From: Candidatus Nomurabacteria bacterium
GTDB lineage: Bacteria > Patescibacteriota > Saccharimonadia > JAGOAT01
Assembly: GCA_020639315.1 (NCBI GenBank)
Contig: JACKGM010000001.1
Coordinates: 82,511-146,510, forward strand
Reading direction: 5' to 3'
DNA length: 64,000 nt
Position numbers and translations under genes: made by a program. Positions 15,437 to 24,534 of the stretch are shown here, piece after piece. Under the pieces are notes generated by a model, which saw only the letters and a program-made list of their open reading frames with translations, had not been told where the DNA came from and ran no database searches. Every line of letters begins with the position of its first letter. The first letter of the stretch is position 1.

Positions 15437-15919
15437 CTATAAGGCAGGCCCTCCATCCATATCTCCCATCCTTGGGCCACCCTGACGATCACCGTGCTTA
15501 CCTCCCATCATCAGATCCCCTTCTGCTACACCTTTGGATTCAAGTAGCTCCTTGAGAGTACCGGACTCTTTGGCTGCAAAGAATTCCTCAGTAGTGATAC
15601 CATACTGATCTAGCTTGGTTTTCAACTCCTGACCACGATCACTATCTAGAAATTCTTGCTGACGCTCATCCTGATAGGCATTCCAGTCATCATCAGAGAT
15701 ATAATTCTGACGAACTGTATCCCGAGCTTCTTTGACCGCAGCCTGCATCTCGGTATGCATTTGATCTACTTGATCTTGAGTGAGATTAAATCGAGTCTCC
15801 AGGTCACTATCATTGACCCTTGCTCCGTCTCCTCCAAAATGAGCACTGACACTAGTCGCACCGATCGTAGTTGCACCGATCAATCCGACTGCCCCTAAGA
15901 CTAAACTCTTCTTTAACAT
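15437..15919 (-). CDS. Secreted hypothetical protein
   Basis: Signal-peptide-like N-terminus MLKKSLVLGAVGLIGATTIGATSVSA. AAGGAGAG Shine-Dalgarno. Helical, D/E/Q-rich body with a Gly/Met-rich tail. Confidence 0.55.
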   Translation of the reverse strand: MLKKSLVLGAVGLIGATTIGATSVSAHFGGDGARVNDSDLETRFNLTQDQVDQMHTEMQAAVKEARDTVRQNYISDDDWNAYQDERQQEFLDSDRGQELKTKLDQYGITTEEFFAAKESGTLKELLESKGVAEGDLMMGGKHGDRQGGPRMGDMDGGPAL

Positions 15920-16047
15920 AAATATAACTCTCCTTATTGGTTACTAACTTTTACTTTTGACAAGCTGTTTACTTATATACTTATCTCTGGTAAGCCCAGT
16001 CGCCTTACTTGTCTATATCTATAATATTCTGTTAATATGAAGCTATT

Positions 16048-16902
16048 GTGAATGAATTATCTTATAATATAATAAGACTTGGAAGAGCTTCTTTATTACC
16101 TTTTCCTGATCTCTTTACAAACACACACGATACATTACCTGAATCAACCAAAGCAGCCCGTATTAAACGGCCTGGCAACATTACTCCTACCAAGCAAGCT
16201 ATCAGGCAGCAACTTAGCATGTTACCCCTATACAAACTTGCCCGAGTATCGCAAGCTAGAACCGAGGTTATCATTGGTACTCCAGTCCCTGATAAACCCT
16301 CTAGACTAGGGTTATTAATCCTCCGGAAGGCACTTGAAGCATTGCATTCAAAACTTGGCTTAAACCTACCAAATCATAACGACGAAGCTCCCTTTGACTT
16401 TGCACACATAGGTCGACATACAGTATCCATCTTTGCGCAACTTAACCAAGAAGATGCTACCCCCACAATCGATTCAGCATGGGAAAACATATCAGCACAA
16501 TATACCAAAATTGCAAATGCAATTAACCGAGACCCAACCATACAACGAGAGTGGGTAGACTATATCAAACCTCTTGGAGTAAATACTGGAAGAGATTATT
16601 TCAAAGACTTTTTCAATTTATTACAGGGTCTCAGTAGCAAGCAGCCTTCACTATTCCCAGATGGACAATTTCCGCCACCATGTTCACAAAATAAAGCTAG
16701 ACATACTCTTGCTAAAAGATTAGCCCCCCCTCATGGAGTTTATGACCCAAGCTATCACAGAATTGGTGAGATAATATATCATAAACTGGTTGTTAGACGA
16801 TTGGACCCTAGCTCATTAAGTCCAAATCATACCCCAAACCTCACAAACATTGGCCAACAATATCAAAGCTTCCTACCTAAACAGCTAGCCTTATGTAGTT
16901 AA
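16048..16902 (+). CDS. Hypothetical protein (284 aa, Pro-rich)
   Basis: Long ORF with a GTG start. No motif recognised. Its stop is adjacent to the next ORF's start (16904). Confidence 0.45.
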   Translation: MNELSYNIIRLGRASLLPFPDLFTNTHDTLPESTKAARIKRPGNITPTKQAIRQQLSMLPLYKLARVSQARTEVIIGTPVPDKPSRLGLLILRKALEALHSKLGLNLPNHNDEAPFDFAHIGRHTVSIFAQLNQEDATPTIDSAWENISAQYTKIANAINRDPTIQREWVDYIKPLGVNTGRDYFKDFFNLLQGLSSKQPSLFPDGQFPPPCSQNKARHTLAKRLAPPHGVYDPSYHRIGEIIYHKLVVRRLDPSSLSPNHTPNLTNIGQQYQSFLPKQLALCS

Positions 16903-16903
16903 T

Positions 16904-17503
16904 ATGTTTGACTACGGAGATAACCACGGACGAACTGCTCGGCATACTGCCAACCGAGCAGCATTATTCGCAGACAGCTGTGGTGGGGGAGCCTATGCTC
17001 GTAGACCCCAAGACGATATGTCACTACCACCCACTGGTGGCCTATTCGATACTCTAAATCAACCTCAAGAGGCTCCCCCTGGATATACCTACTCCCTAGA
17101 AATAACCAGAGGTGATATGACAGTTGACGCAATCCAGCAAGTATTTAGACCACTATTCTCCCTAGTCAAGATATTTAATGATACTCAAACAAAAGGCTAC
17201 CCTTACAATCCTGATATGATTATCAAGAAGGTAAACGGGCTAATAGTAATTTTAAATACTCGATTTTACAAAACTCAGCAATCCAAAGGCATTAAATGGG
17301 ATGACGGCGGTGAACAGGACTATAATCAAAATATTGTTCCCTACTCTAAAACTCTAGAAACCCTAATAACTAGGATCAAACTTAATCAAAATTTAACCCT
17401 GGCTGATATTATGCAGGTAGTCTTAGACAAGAAGCTTAAGACTGCTTTAGAGTATCTTGGATTTCAAGCCACCAAAAAATCCCAATCTATTACAGCTCAA
17501 TAA
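16904..17503 (+). CDS. Hypothetical protein (199 aa)
   Basis: Tightly coupled to 16048-16902. No motif recognised. Confidence 0.45.
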   Translation: MFDYGDNHGRTARHTANRAALFADSCGGGAYARRPQDDMSLPPTGGLFDTLNQPQEAPPGYTYSLEITRGDMTVDAIQQVFRPLFSLVKIFNDTQTKGYPYNPDMIIKKVNGLIVILNTRFYKTQQSKGIKWDDGGEQDYNQNIVPYSKTLETLITRIKLNQNLTLADIMQVVLDKKLKTALEYLGFQATKKSQSITAQ

Positions 17504-18588
17504 CTATTGATGATAAAAGTTGTCCCAGAGCCATCACTCTCGACCGAGATCCGCCAGCCATGTGCCTCGACTAGGGTCTGGACGATTGCCAGACCAAGCC
17601 CCATCCCTCCAGTCTGGCGATTGCGCGACTTCTCTACTCGATATAGCCTCTCAAAGATATATGGTAGATCTTTCTTGCTAATTCCTGGACCAAAATCCTG
17701 AAACCGAATCGAGTCTTGATTGGCAGATATCTTGACCCTCTTAGGATCAGCATATTTATCAGCATTACTCAGTAGGTTCTCCAGTATCTCTCTTAGGTAG
17801 TTTTTGTCTGCCATCAGCCGAAAGTCCTTGTCGATCTCTATCATAGTATCCAACCCAGGATAACTTTTACTAATTTTTTTGACAAAGCTTTGCAGAGTTA
17901 TTTCTTGTTTGTTAACCTCACCGATCGAGCGTATCTCACTATAGTGCCTCAGACGATTGACCAAAAAGTCCAGATAGTCTACTTCTTCCAGGAGAGTAGC
18001 AATTTTCTGCTCAGTTGGCTGATACAGTCCATCTCGTATCGCTGAAACCTGAACCTTGAGCTTGGTTAGTGGAGTTGCAATCTCATGGCTAATGTCCCCG
18101 ATCAAATCATCCCTCAGCTTTTCAACACGATTAAGAGCTTCAACAGCTCCATTAAAAGCCCTAACCAAATCATCAATCTCAGTAATATTGCTACTGAATT
18201 GAAGCTTATCTAGCTTGCCTACCCTAACATCCTCGAGGCCTCGTTTGATCCTCCTAGACTGGATTAGGTAGCGATCACTGATAATCAGTGCCACCAGAAT
18301 CGCCGGAGGTAAAGTGATTAGCAGTGCCAATAGAATCACTTGATTGATATCAGATATAAAGCTTTGCCTTAGCTCATCACTAATCTTATAAATAAATGGT
18401 TCGGCCATCGGCCGATTTCTCTTCATTTCCGAGCCAAACTCAGCTGACTGACGGCCAATAAAGCTATCAAACCGGCTACTAATCTGCCAATTGAGAAACA
18501 AGGATGACAATACAGCAGTCACCAAGGCAGTGGTCACTACTAATAAGACAATTCTGGAGCCTAAAGTCTTAAACCAACCTCTAATCAT
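17497..18588 (-). CDS. Sensor histidine kinase (TM - HAMP-like - HisKA - HATPase_c)
   Basis: H-box SHEIATPLT and G-boxes DFGPGI / GGMGLGLAIV. Start moved to ATG 18588 (MIRGWFKTLG), giving an 8-nt overlap with the response regulator stop. Confidence 0.85.
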   Translation of the reverse strand: MIRGWFKTLGSRIVLLVVTTALVTAVLSSLFLNWQISSRFDSFIGRQSAEFGSEMKRNRPMAEPFIYKISDELRQSFISDINQVILLALLITLPPAILVALIISDRYLIQSRRIKRGLEDVRVGKLDKLQFSSNITEIDDLVRAFNGAVEALNRVEKLRDDLIGDISHEIATPLTKLKVQVSAIRDGLYQPTEQKIATLLEEVDYLDFLVNRLRHYSEIRSIGEVNKQEITLQSFVKKISKSYPGLDTMIEIDKDFRLMADKNYLREILENLLSNADKYADPKRVKISANQDSIRFQDFGPGISKKDLPYIFERLYRVEKSRNRQTGGMGLGLAIVQTLVEAHGWRISVESDGSGTTFIINSY

Positions 18589-19261
18589 CTGGCTTGACCC
18601 AACGATAACCTTTGCCCCTGATTGTCTCAATATATCTAGGGTGCTTTGAGTCATCACCTAGCACTTTACGGATATTCTTGATATGGGCATCAATCGTTCT
18701 ATCAAAAATATCAGCAAACTGATCTCCCCTGTAAGCCTGATCGATCAAACTCTGACGACTAATGACACTTCCCTGATTACCAATCAAGACTTCTAGGATA
18801 TCGATCTGGATTGCCGTTAGCTCAAGCTTCTCTTGACCCTTGTATAGGCTGAAGCTCCCAGTGTCCAATCTAATATCACCGGACTCAATAATTCTCTGAT
18901 CTTGGTTCCTAGTTAAGAACCTCGCTATCCGTGCTATCAATACCTTGGGATCAAATGGCTTACGAATATAATCGTCAGCTCCAAGCTCAAAACCCCTCAG
19001 CTCATCCTGACTTGGTTGCCTTGCTGTCAAAACAATAATCGGCACCTTAGAGACTCTTCGCATCTCTTGACAAACTTCCCACCCAGATAATTTGGGTAGA
19101 TTAATATCCAAAAGTACCAGATCGATTGTCTGATCAAACTTTTGCAAAGCCTCCAAGCCATCACTAGCCAAGACTACTTGGTATTGATCTCTAATCAAAT
19201 AGTCAGAGACTACCTCCGCAATACCCATTTCATCTTCGGCTAATAGTATCTTTTGTCCCAT
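18581..19261 (-). CDS. OmpR-family response regulator
   Basis: Receiver domain (ILLAEDE...LLDINLP...K) plus winged-helix output domain (TIRGKGYRW). Confidence 0.9.
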   Translation of the reverse strand: MGQKILLAEDEMGIAEVVSDYLIRDQYQVVLASDGLEALQKFDQTIDLVLLDINLPKLSGWEVCQEMRRVSKVPIIVLTARQPSQDELRGFELGADDYIRKPFDPKVLIARIARFLTRNQDQRIIESGDIRLDTGSFSLYKGQEKLELTAIQIDILEVLIGNQGSVISRQSLIDQAYRGDQFADIFDRTIDAHIKNIRKVLGDDSKHPRYIETIRGKGYRWVKPDD

Positions 19262-19312
19262 CTATTGTACCTTAGCTCAAAAAAGTGAACCTACTATGAA
19301 TCGAGACACTAA

Positions 19313-19618
19313 CTACTCAGATTTCTGGTCAAGTTTATCCAGCCCTAATCCTTTAACACCAAAATAAACTACAGCTGCTACAATCACGAAATCAATCGAG
19401 ACACTTACAAAATCTCCCCACATAATCTTGACTCCACTGTCACCAATCGTCCAGGCTCGATCAGCCAGATTCATCTGCCCGAGCAAAGCACCAACTATCG
19501 GGTTGATAATATCCGTCACTAGAGCTGAGACTACCTTGGAGACTGCTCCTCCTAGAATAAACCCGACTGCTAGCCCCACCACACCTTGCTCTCTTAGAAA
19601 CTTTACAAAACCGTTCAT
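19313..19618 (-). CDS. mscL: Large-conductance mechanosensitive channel
   Basis: FLREQGVVGLAVGFILGGAVSKVVSALVTDIINPIVG is a canonical MscL N-terminus. AAGGAG Shine-Dalgarno upstream. Confidence 0.9.
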   Translation of the reverse strand: MNGFVKFLREQGVVGLAVGFILGGAVSKVVSALVTDIINPIVGALLGQMNLADRAWTIGDSGVKIMWGDFVSVSIDFVIVAAVVYFGVKGLGLDKLDQKSE

Positions 19619-19649
19619 ACTTTACTCCTTATGATTTAATATTATTTTT

Positions 19650-20156
19650 CTAGACTCCAAAAACCAAACCAACTACTATTCCGACTAGGGTTGCTGTCCC
19701 TCCTACCAGCAAGAACTCGATGCCACTCTTGAGTGAATCTAGCCCCAGAATCTTTCCCTTGATAAAACCGATCAAGAACAATGCGGTCAAGCTAGCAATG
19801 ATTGCTACAAATCTAGCAGTAGCTACTGGAAAAAACAAAAAAGCACTGATAGGCACCAGACCAGCCGAGGCATACGATAGATACATTACCATAGCACTTT
19901 CTAATAAATGCTTCTGGTTGACTTGTTTTTTCATCTGTTGAGAAGATTTTTGGGATAAGTATTCTCCAGCTGCCATCGACAAAGCTTCTACAGCTATAGT
20001 GACAAGTCCGGCCAGCAAGATAATCCGCTTCTCACTGACACCCGCACTAACCCCAATAATCACCCCACCTGTCGAGACCAGGCCATCTTCCAAACCAAAG
20101 ATTAAAGTCCTAAATGTCTCTGAATTGCCAAGTTTTTTGGTAAGTTTATCAAGCAT
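19650..20156 (-). CDS. VIT1/CCC1-family iron/manganese transporter
   Basis: FGLEDGLVSTGGVIIGVSAG and EALSMAAGEYLS motifs. Five hydrophobic helices. Confidence 0.8.
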   Translation of the reverse strand: MLDKLTKKLGNSETFRTLIFGLEDGLVSTGGVIIGVSAGVSEKRIILLAGLVTIAVEALSMAAGEYLSQKSSQQMKKQVNQKHLLESAMVMYLSYASAGLVPISAFLFFPVATARFVAIIASLTALFLIGFIKGKILGLDSLKSGIEFLLVGGTATLVGIVVGLVFGV

Positions 20157-20168
20157 AGTTTTAATATT

Positions 20169-20332
20169 TATAGCAAGTTAAAAACAAAACCAGACTTTTG
20201 ACCCAACTCTAGAGTCTATAAAGCTAGTTTTCTTACTCACCATATCTATGGATATGGCTCTTAAGAAGAACTACCTTTCTAGTTCTCTATAGTACAGCTC
20301 AAATTGTCCGGTTTTGCTTTGAGCTTGCTATA
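20169..20332. mobile_element. Family-B MITE (inverted orientation relative to 15161-15326)
   Basis: TATAGCAAGTTAAAAACAAAACCAGACTTTTGACC ... GGTTTTGCTTTGAGCTTGCTATA. Confidence 0.75.
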
Positions 20333-20456
20333 TCTAGCTTAGATTATATCATCAAAACTAGTTGGTGTCTTGGTCGAACGCCTAGCATAGAGCTTGAGAG
20401 TAGCGACCGAGCTTGCTGATCATTATCAACTACTCTGATATTAGTTCCAAATCCTC

Positions 20457-20520
20457 GTTTCGGGGTCAGACCCCGTCGATTTATACCTGTTGCTGTATAC
20501 AGTTTCGGGGTCTGACCCCG
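20457..20520. repeat. Twin GC hairpins (19-nt direct repeat, 45-nt period)
   Basis: GTTTCGGGGTCAGACCCCG (20457-20475) and GTTTCGGGGTCTGACCCCG (20502-20520). Each is a CGGGG/CCCCG hairpin. The palindrome CTGTATACAG lies between them. Confidence 0.6.
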
Positions 20521-20651
20521 AAAAAACAAAAGCGAAAAAGACAACCTATTGCAATGATTCCGTAGGTCTGTCCCAACCAGTGAGCCTAGATAGAGCCCAC
20601 AGACACTCTTTTCCAACGCAGAATGAGCCTAAATAATCGACTACCTTATCG

Positions 20652-20727
20652 TGGTCAGGGAGGCGGGACTTGAACCCGCGGCCTCTGGACCCCCAGCCCA
20701 GCGCGCTACCAACTGCGCCACACCCTG
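20652..20727 (-). tRNA. tRNA-Pro (anticodon GGG), CCA encoded
   Basis: Cloverleaf read by hand. Acceptor CAGGGTG/CTCCCTG (one U:U mismatch), D arm GCGC-AGTTGGTA-GCGC, anticodon arm CTGGG-CTGGGGG-TCCAG, T arm GCGGG-TTCAAGT-CCCGC, then A-CCA. Confidence 0.85.
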
Positions 20728-20770
20728 TCATGTCACACTACATTAAAAAGGCTCTAAATCCTCAGGTTGA

Positions 20771-20794
20771 TATAAAACCTGGTACATACCAGGT
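20771..20794 (-). terminator. Putative intrinsic terminator after the M50 protease gene
   Basis: Minus-strand ACCTGGTA-TG-TACCAGGT followed by TTTATATC. Confidence 0.4.
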
Positions 20795-20918
20795 GGGAAT
20801 CCGCAGAAGCAATTCCTCAGAACTGCCCAATATAGGTCTCCCTAGAACAATATTGTTCAGGATTTATACCACCCTATCTCAAGAAAATAGAGCCTAACTG
20901 TATCTTACCTTGTTAATC

Positions 20919-21521
20919 TTATACTATCAAGTTGTACAAGCTGATAATCACTTGACTGATGACTGGCCTAATCAAAGGATAGAGTAAAAACAAAAATAAA
21001 AAGATGCCCATCATCCCAAACTTTTCGATTCTATCCATCAGATCTCTTAAGGAATCTGGCAAAAATGCATAGAGGACCCTTGAGCCATCTAGGGGCGGAA
21101 ATGGGATCATATTGAAGACAAAAAATCCCAGATTGAGCATCACGAAGTTTTCAAGTATCTCCCTTACCAGTGGTACATCAAAGGGCAAAAATCTCAAATA
21201 AAGACCGACCACCAATGCCAGAGCGAGATTGGTCAAAGGACCAGCCAGAGCGACCAGGGCTGCCCCTTTCCTTCCGCCTTTGACCAGATAAGGATTAAAC
21301 GGCACAGGTCTAGCAGCTCCAAATACGACAGGAGAGCCACTAAGTATCAGTAATAGTGGCAAGAGAATAGTCATCACTGGATCGATGTGCTTGCGGGGGT
21401 CAAGGGTCAATCTCCCTTCCCTCTCAGCTGTCGGATCACCCAGTCTATACCCGACATAGGCATGCATGAATTCATGGGCGGTAATCGCGATTGGCAGCAT
21501 GATTAGGTAGGCTAAAAGCAT
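20919..21521 (-). CDS. Site-2 protease family (peptidase M50) membrane metalloprotease
   Basis: HEFMHA (HExxH) in the first TM region, polytopic, 200 aa. Confidence 0.8.
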   Translation of the reverse strand: MLLAYLIMLPIAITAHEFMHAYVGYRLGDPTAEREGRLTLDPRKHIDPVMTILLPLLLILSGSPVVFGAARPVPFNPYLVKGGRKGAALVALAGPLTNLALALVVGLYLRFLPFDVPLVREILENFVMLNLGFFVFNMIPFPPLDGSRVLYAFLPDSLRDLMDRIEKFGMMGIFLFLFLLYPLIRPVISQVIISLYNLIV

Positions 21522-21527
21522 AGTGAT

Positions 21528-21533
21528 ATTATA
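21528..21533 (-). promoter_or_regulatory. -10 box TATAAT, 6 nt upstream of the M50 ATG
   Basis: Minus-strand reading is GCTATAATATCACTATG. Confidence 0.5.
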
Positions 21534-21544
21534 GCATGTTCACA

Positions 21545-22085
21545 GGTGGGATACTGGATCCCCCGTAATCCTCTATGAGGTTTCGGAGGATGACTAATGC
21601 GCGAGATACTGGATCCCCCGTAAGTTCTCTGAACTTCGGAGGATGACAAGGCAAGGGACGGGTTTCGGAGGATGACTAGACAAGGGACGGGTTTCGGAGG
21701 ATGACAATGCCCTTTCCCGTGTCATCCTCGACTTTTCCGCCCTTCATTTGAAGGAAAAGTTGGGGGATCCAGAACTCTAGATAATGGGTTAGGTGATACA
21801 GTTTAATTTATGTTTATTGTTAGTTTTCTGGATACCCAGAGCAAGCTCTAAGTATGACGAATACAAGTGCAAAATACTGGATCCCCCGTAAACCCTTCGG
21901 GTTTCGGAGGATGACAATGCCCTTTCCGGTGTCATCTTCGGATTTCTCCAAGGGAGAAATACCGGAGATCCAGTATTTGAGTTAGACCCATGGAAGTGCG
22001 AGATACTGGATCCCCCGTAAGTTCTCTGAACTTCGGAGGATGACAAGGCAAGGGACGGGTTTCGGAGGATGACAGGAGAGGGGCG
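21545..22085. repeat. Large intergenic mosaic: about 6 full hairpin units, 3-4 half units, module D
   Basis: Reverse units at 21551-21595, 21607-21651, 21875-21918 and 22003-22047. Forward long-stem variant at 21720-21775. Forward subtype-2 unit at 21930-21978. Half units AAGGGACGGGTTTCGGAGGATGAC three times. Module D at 21778-21870. Confidence 0.85.
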
Positions 22086-22149
22086 AGGATTCAATCAATG
22101 ACGATTTATTGTCACTACTATTGACAGGCTATCCTATCTGTGGGACAAT

Positions 22150-22447
22150 ACATACCCGACTCAGTCTCTAACTCCCGCAACTGGAAAGCGGGCTTGTAGC
22201 GTATCTGCAGTATATCTCTACTATCGATATGCTATTGACAGTAGAGACTGAGTACCAATTTCCGGGTCCCCCGCCCGGATGCGAGAAAGTGTACTCTTGA
22301 AGCCCCTTTTCAAGAGTAGTAGGTAGCTTCGCCTTTTTGGGGAAAGGCAGTACGAGCTCATCTCGCGGCACCCCCCCTACCAATCCTCCAGGCGGGAGGG
22401 GTTGCTTCTACACACCCCCTAGGTCCGAAAGGATCTAGGGGGTGTTC
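22150..22447 (-). ncRNA. Candidate ~300-nt structured RNA of unknown family, immediately 3' of rsmA
   Basis: Locally G+C-rich. 12-bp long-range helix 22159-22170/22242-22253 enclosing hairpins 22174-22192 and 22218-22244. 10-bp hairpin 22292-22318. CCGGG/CCCGG 22262-22278. GGTAG/CTACC 22322-22381 enclosing GCCTTT/AAAGGC. Hairpin 22426-22447 over the rsmA stop. One helix has G:U on the minus strand but A:C on the plus strand. Confidence 0.4.
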
Positions 22448-23205
22448 TCACTTTTGGCCACCATCAATCTCCCCCAATCCTCCAAACCCAGCTCCTGAGC
22501 CCGCTTATTGCCATCTATTCCAGCCTCCGCTAGCCACTGCTCTATCCGACTGATTGGTTGAGCCAACCCTGACGACAATGAATTCTTGAGCTTCTTACGC
22601 TTCTGACTAAATCCAGCTTTGACCAGCCGCATTAGCTCCTGATAATCCAGCTCCTGGATTGACTTCTTGGTTGGTCGGATCTTGATCAAACTCGAATAAA
22701 CTCTTGGTGGTGGACTAAATTTGTCTGGAGATATATCAAAAATTATTTCCGCGTCAGCATAGTATCCCACCATTATAGCTAGTACCGACAATTGACCCTG
22801 GGGTGCTACAATCCTCTGAGCTACTTCTCTCTGGATCAACAATATAAGCTCGCTAGGTTGACTCTCAGCTTCCAAAAGCCTTCGAATTACAAAGCTGGTC
22901 ATATAATATGGTAAATTGGCTATCACCTTGTACCCTTGAGCTAAGCTTGATAGATCAAATTCTCTAAAATCTTGATTGAAAAGCTTGATTCCAGAAATAT
23001 TCTCAAGGATTGGGATCATCCTTGAATCAATCTCAAGAGCTATTACTTGACCAGCTTGCCTGGCTAGCTTCGCCGTCAACAACCCGGTCCCAGCACCAAT
23101 CTCTAATACCTGATCAGTTGATCCAACCTCGCTCGCTTCAACTATTCTTTGAACCGACTCCTGATCTACTAGAAAATGTTGGCCGAGATCTTTATTTGCC
23201 CTCAA
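22435..23205 (-). CDS. rsmA: 16S rRNA (adenine1518/1519-N6)-dimethyltransferase
   Basis: LGQHFLVD, SAM-binding EIGAGTGLLT, NLPY motif. TTG start 4 nt after the upstream gene's stop. Confidence 0.9.
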   Translation of the reverse strand: MRANKDLGQHFLVDQESVQRIVEASEVGSTDQVLEIGAGTGLLTAKLARQAGQVIALEIDSRMIPILENISGIKLFNQDFREFDLSSLAQGYKVIANLPYYMTSFVIRRLLEAESQPSELILLIQREVAQRIVAPQGQLSVLAIMVGYYADAEIIFDISPDKFSPPPRVYSSLIKIRPTKKSIQELDYQELMRLVKAGFSQKRKKLKNSLSSGLAQPISRIEQWLAEAGIDGNKRAQELGLEDWGRLMVAKSENTP

Positions 23206-23211
23206 GCTAAG

Positions 23212-24534
23212 CTACTTACACTCCCATTGCCAAGCTTGACCATTGGCAAACATTTTGGCCGCCATATCAATCTGCTGATGACCATCCCAGATATCTCCTC
23301 CCCCATTGCCATACCAAGTGCTAGGTAGATATTGGAATAGTCCGATTGCTCGATTGGCGGCCAAAGCTTGATCTGGAGTAAGACCACTACTGCGTCCGTT
23401 GTAATTACTAGCATCCCCCTTGCTCTCACAATACATTACTCGCATTAACTGAGTAACATCTGCTCCATATTTACTAGCAGCCTGCTCTACATATGGTCTC
23501 CAGTATTCGACAGAACCAGAATAAGTAGTATAGGTCCCCTTGACCACTACCCTACTAGTAGGAGCGACAATCACTTCCTCAGATAGTAGCTTACGCTCAG
23601 TCAGCTCACCATCTAGACTAGTATCTTGATAAGTGATAAGTTTCTTGCCCTTCTTGCCTTCGACTCTGACCTCTTCCCAACCTACAGGCTTACTATGCTC
23701 ATAGATGACCTCTTCTCCATAATCAATTTCTACTAATTCTTCTGATCGATCTTCACTATAGCGACTAATCTTGATCTCCATGCCAGGAGTGATCAGATCA
23801 GATGTACTGACTGATAGCTGATCATCTGGCTCCAACTCTACATGATTGGTACCAAGCAAATCAGCTACTGTAATAGGCTCCGAGTCTTGTTCAAAAAAGT
23901 GTCTCAATACAATCTCTGATCCAGCTAGATTGAGATATATTGGATCTGCTCGCTCAATATCCAATTTTTGACCGATGATACCATCTTCTACTGGGTCTAC
24001 GACTCCTTCAAGGTTGACCCTATCTTCTTCAAACAAGGAAATACCAGCACTAGCCGCTATTTCTCTCGGTTGACTCAATCCAGTATTGATCACCTGAGCA
24101 AACTTGCCATTGTCATAGATCTTGACTGGCAAAGCTTTGTGGATCACTACATCGACTACTCCCGGCTGGATCTCTGTATAAGGGCTGGGACTAATATAAT
24201 CACCTTCGGAAATCGGAACCTTGAGTTCATCTAGGGCTGCCCCGACTGTATTGGCTGAGCTAATCAAAGTCTTGGTCGTGCCACCCTCATTCAATCTAAT
24301 GATTCGGTTTTGATTGGTACCCTGGAGATCAAAGTTGGTATTGTGAACCACAAGTCCGATCATTAGAATCGTAGCTAGACTGGCAAAAGCATATCGGTAT
24401 TTTGCAAATAGACCCCTTAGCTGATCTACTGGACTGACCAACCGCTTGCTGGATCTGGGCTTTTTGACTTGATCGATTGCCCCAATTGGTGGGTACTTAC
24501 TTGCTTGATCGAGCTTTGGTTTGACTTGATTCAA
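23212..24534 (-). CDS. RpfB-like cell-wall protein (TM anchor, DUF348-like repeats, G5 domain, C-terminal Rpf/transglycosylase-like domain)
   Basis: C-terminus YCESKGDASNY...IGLFQYLPSTWYGNGGG...AAKMFANGQAWQWEC resembles the resuscitation-promoting-factor lysozyme-like domain. The start is uncertain: TTG 24534 is the first canonical start codon, but the frame stays open 78 codons further upstream. Confidence 0.75.
   Translation of the reverse strand: MNQVKPKLDQASKYPPIGAIDQVKKPRSSKRLVSPVDQLRGLFAKYRYAFASLATILMIGLVVHNTNFDLQGTNQNRIIRLNEGGTTKTLISSANTVGAALDELKVPISEGDYISPSPYTEIQPGVVDVVIHKALPVKIYDNGKFAQVINTGLSQPREIAASAGISLFEEDRVNLEGVVDPVEDGIIGQKLDIERADPIYLNLAGSEIVLRHFFEQDSEPITVADLLGTNHVELEPDDQLSVSTSDLITPGMEIKISRYSEDRSEELVEIDYGEEVIYEHSKPVGWEEVRVEGKKGKKLITYQDTSLDGELTERKLLSEEVIVAPTSRVVVKGTYTTYSGSVEYWRPYVEQAASKYGADVTQLMRVMYCESKGDASNYNGRSSGLTPDQALAANRAIGLFQYLPSTWYGNGGGDIWDGHQQIDMAAKMFANGQAWQWECK

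Noticed and set aside
16062-16309. Small ORFs 16062-16274 (-) and 16079-16309 (+) overlapping the 5' part of 16048-16902. Similar nested ORFs occur at 8120-8344, 9539-9730, 10057-10257, 12123-12320, 17507-17701 and elsewhere.
   Set aside because: They are fully nested in longer ORFs with better continuity or recognisable domains, and there is no independent support for them.
20457-20520. A possible mini-CRISPR array: two 19-nt hairpin repeats ending in GAAAC, with a 26-nt spacer.
   Set aside because: There are only two copies. The repeat is shorter than known CRISPR repeats. There is no leader or cas gene in the window, and flanking similarity stops at the hairpin.
20344-20897. Track ORFs 20344-20616, 20546-20731 and 20670-20897.
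   Set aside because: They overlap tRNA-Pro and its flanks. Their compositions are implausible and they have no ribosome-binding or promoter context.
22168-22383. A 71-aa ORF inside the G+C-rich region downstream of rsmA.
   Set aside because: The region is dominated by stable helices. The ORF has no start context, and its sequence (for example PGGGPGNWYS) looks like a by-product of G+C-rich stems.
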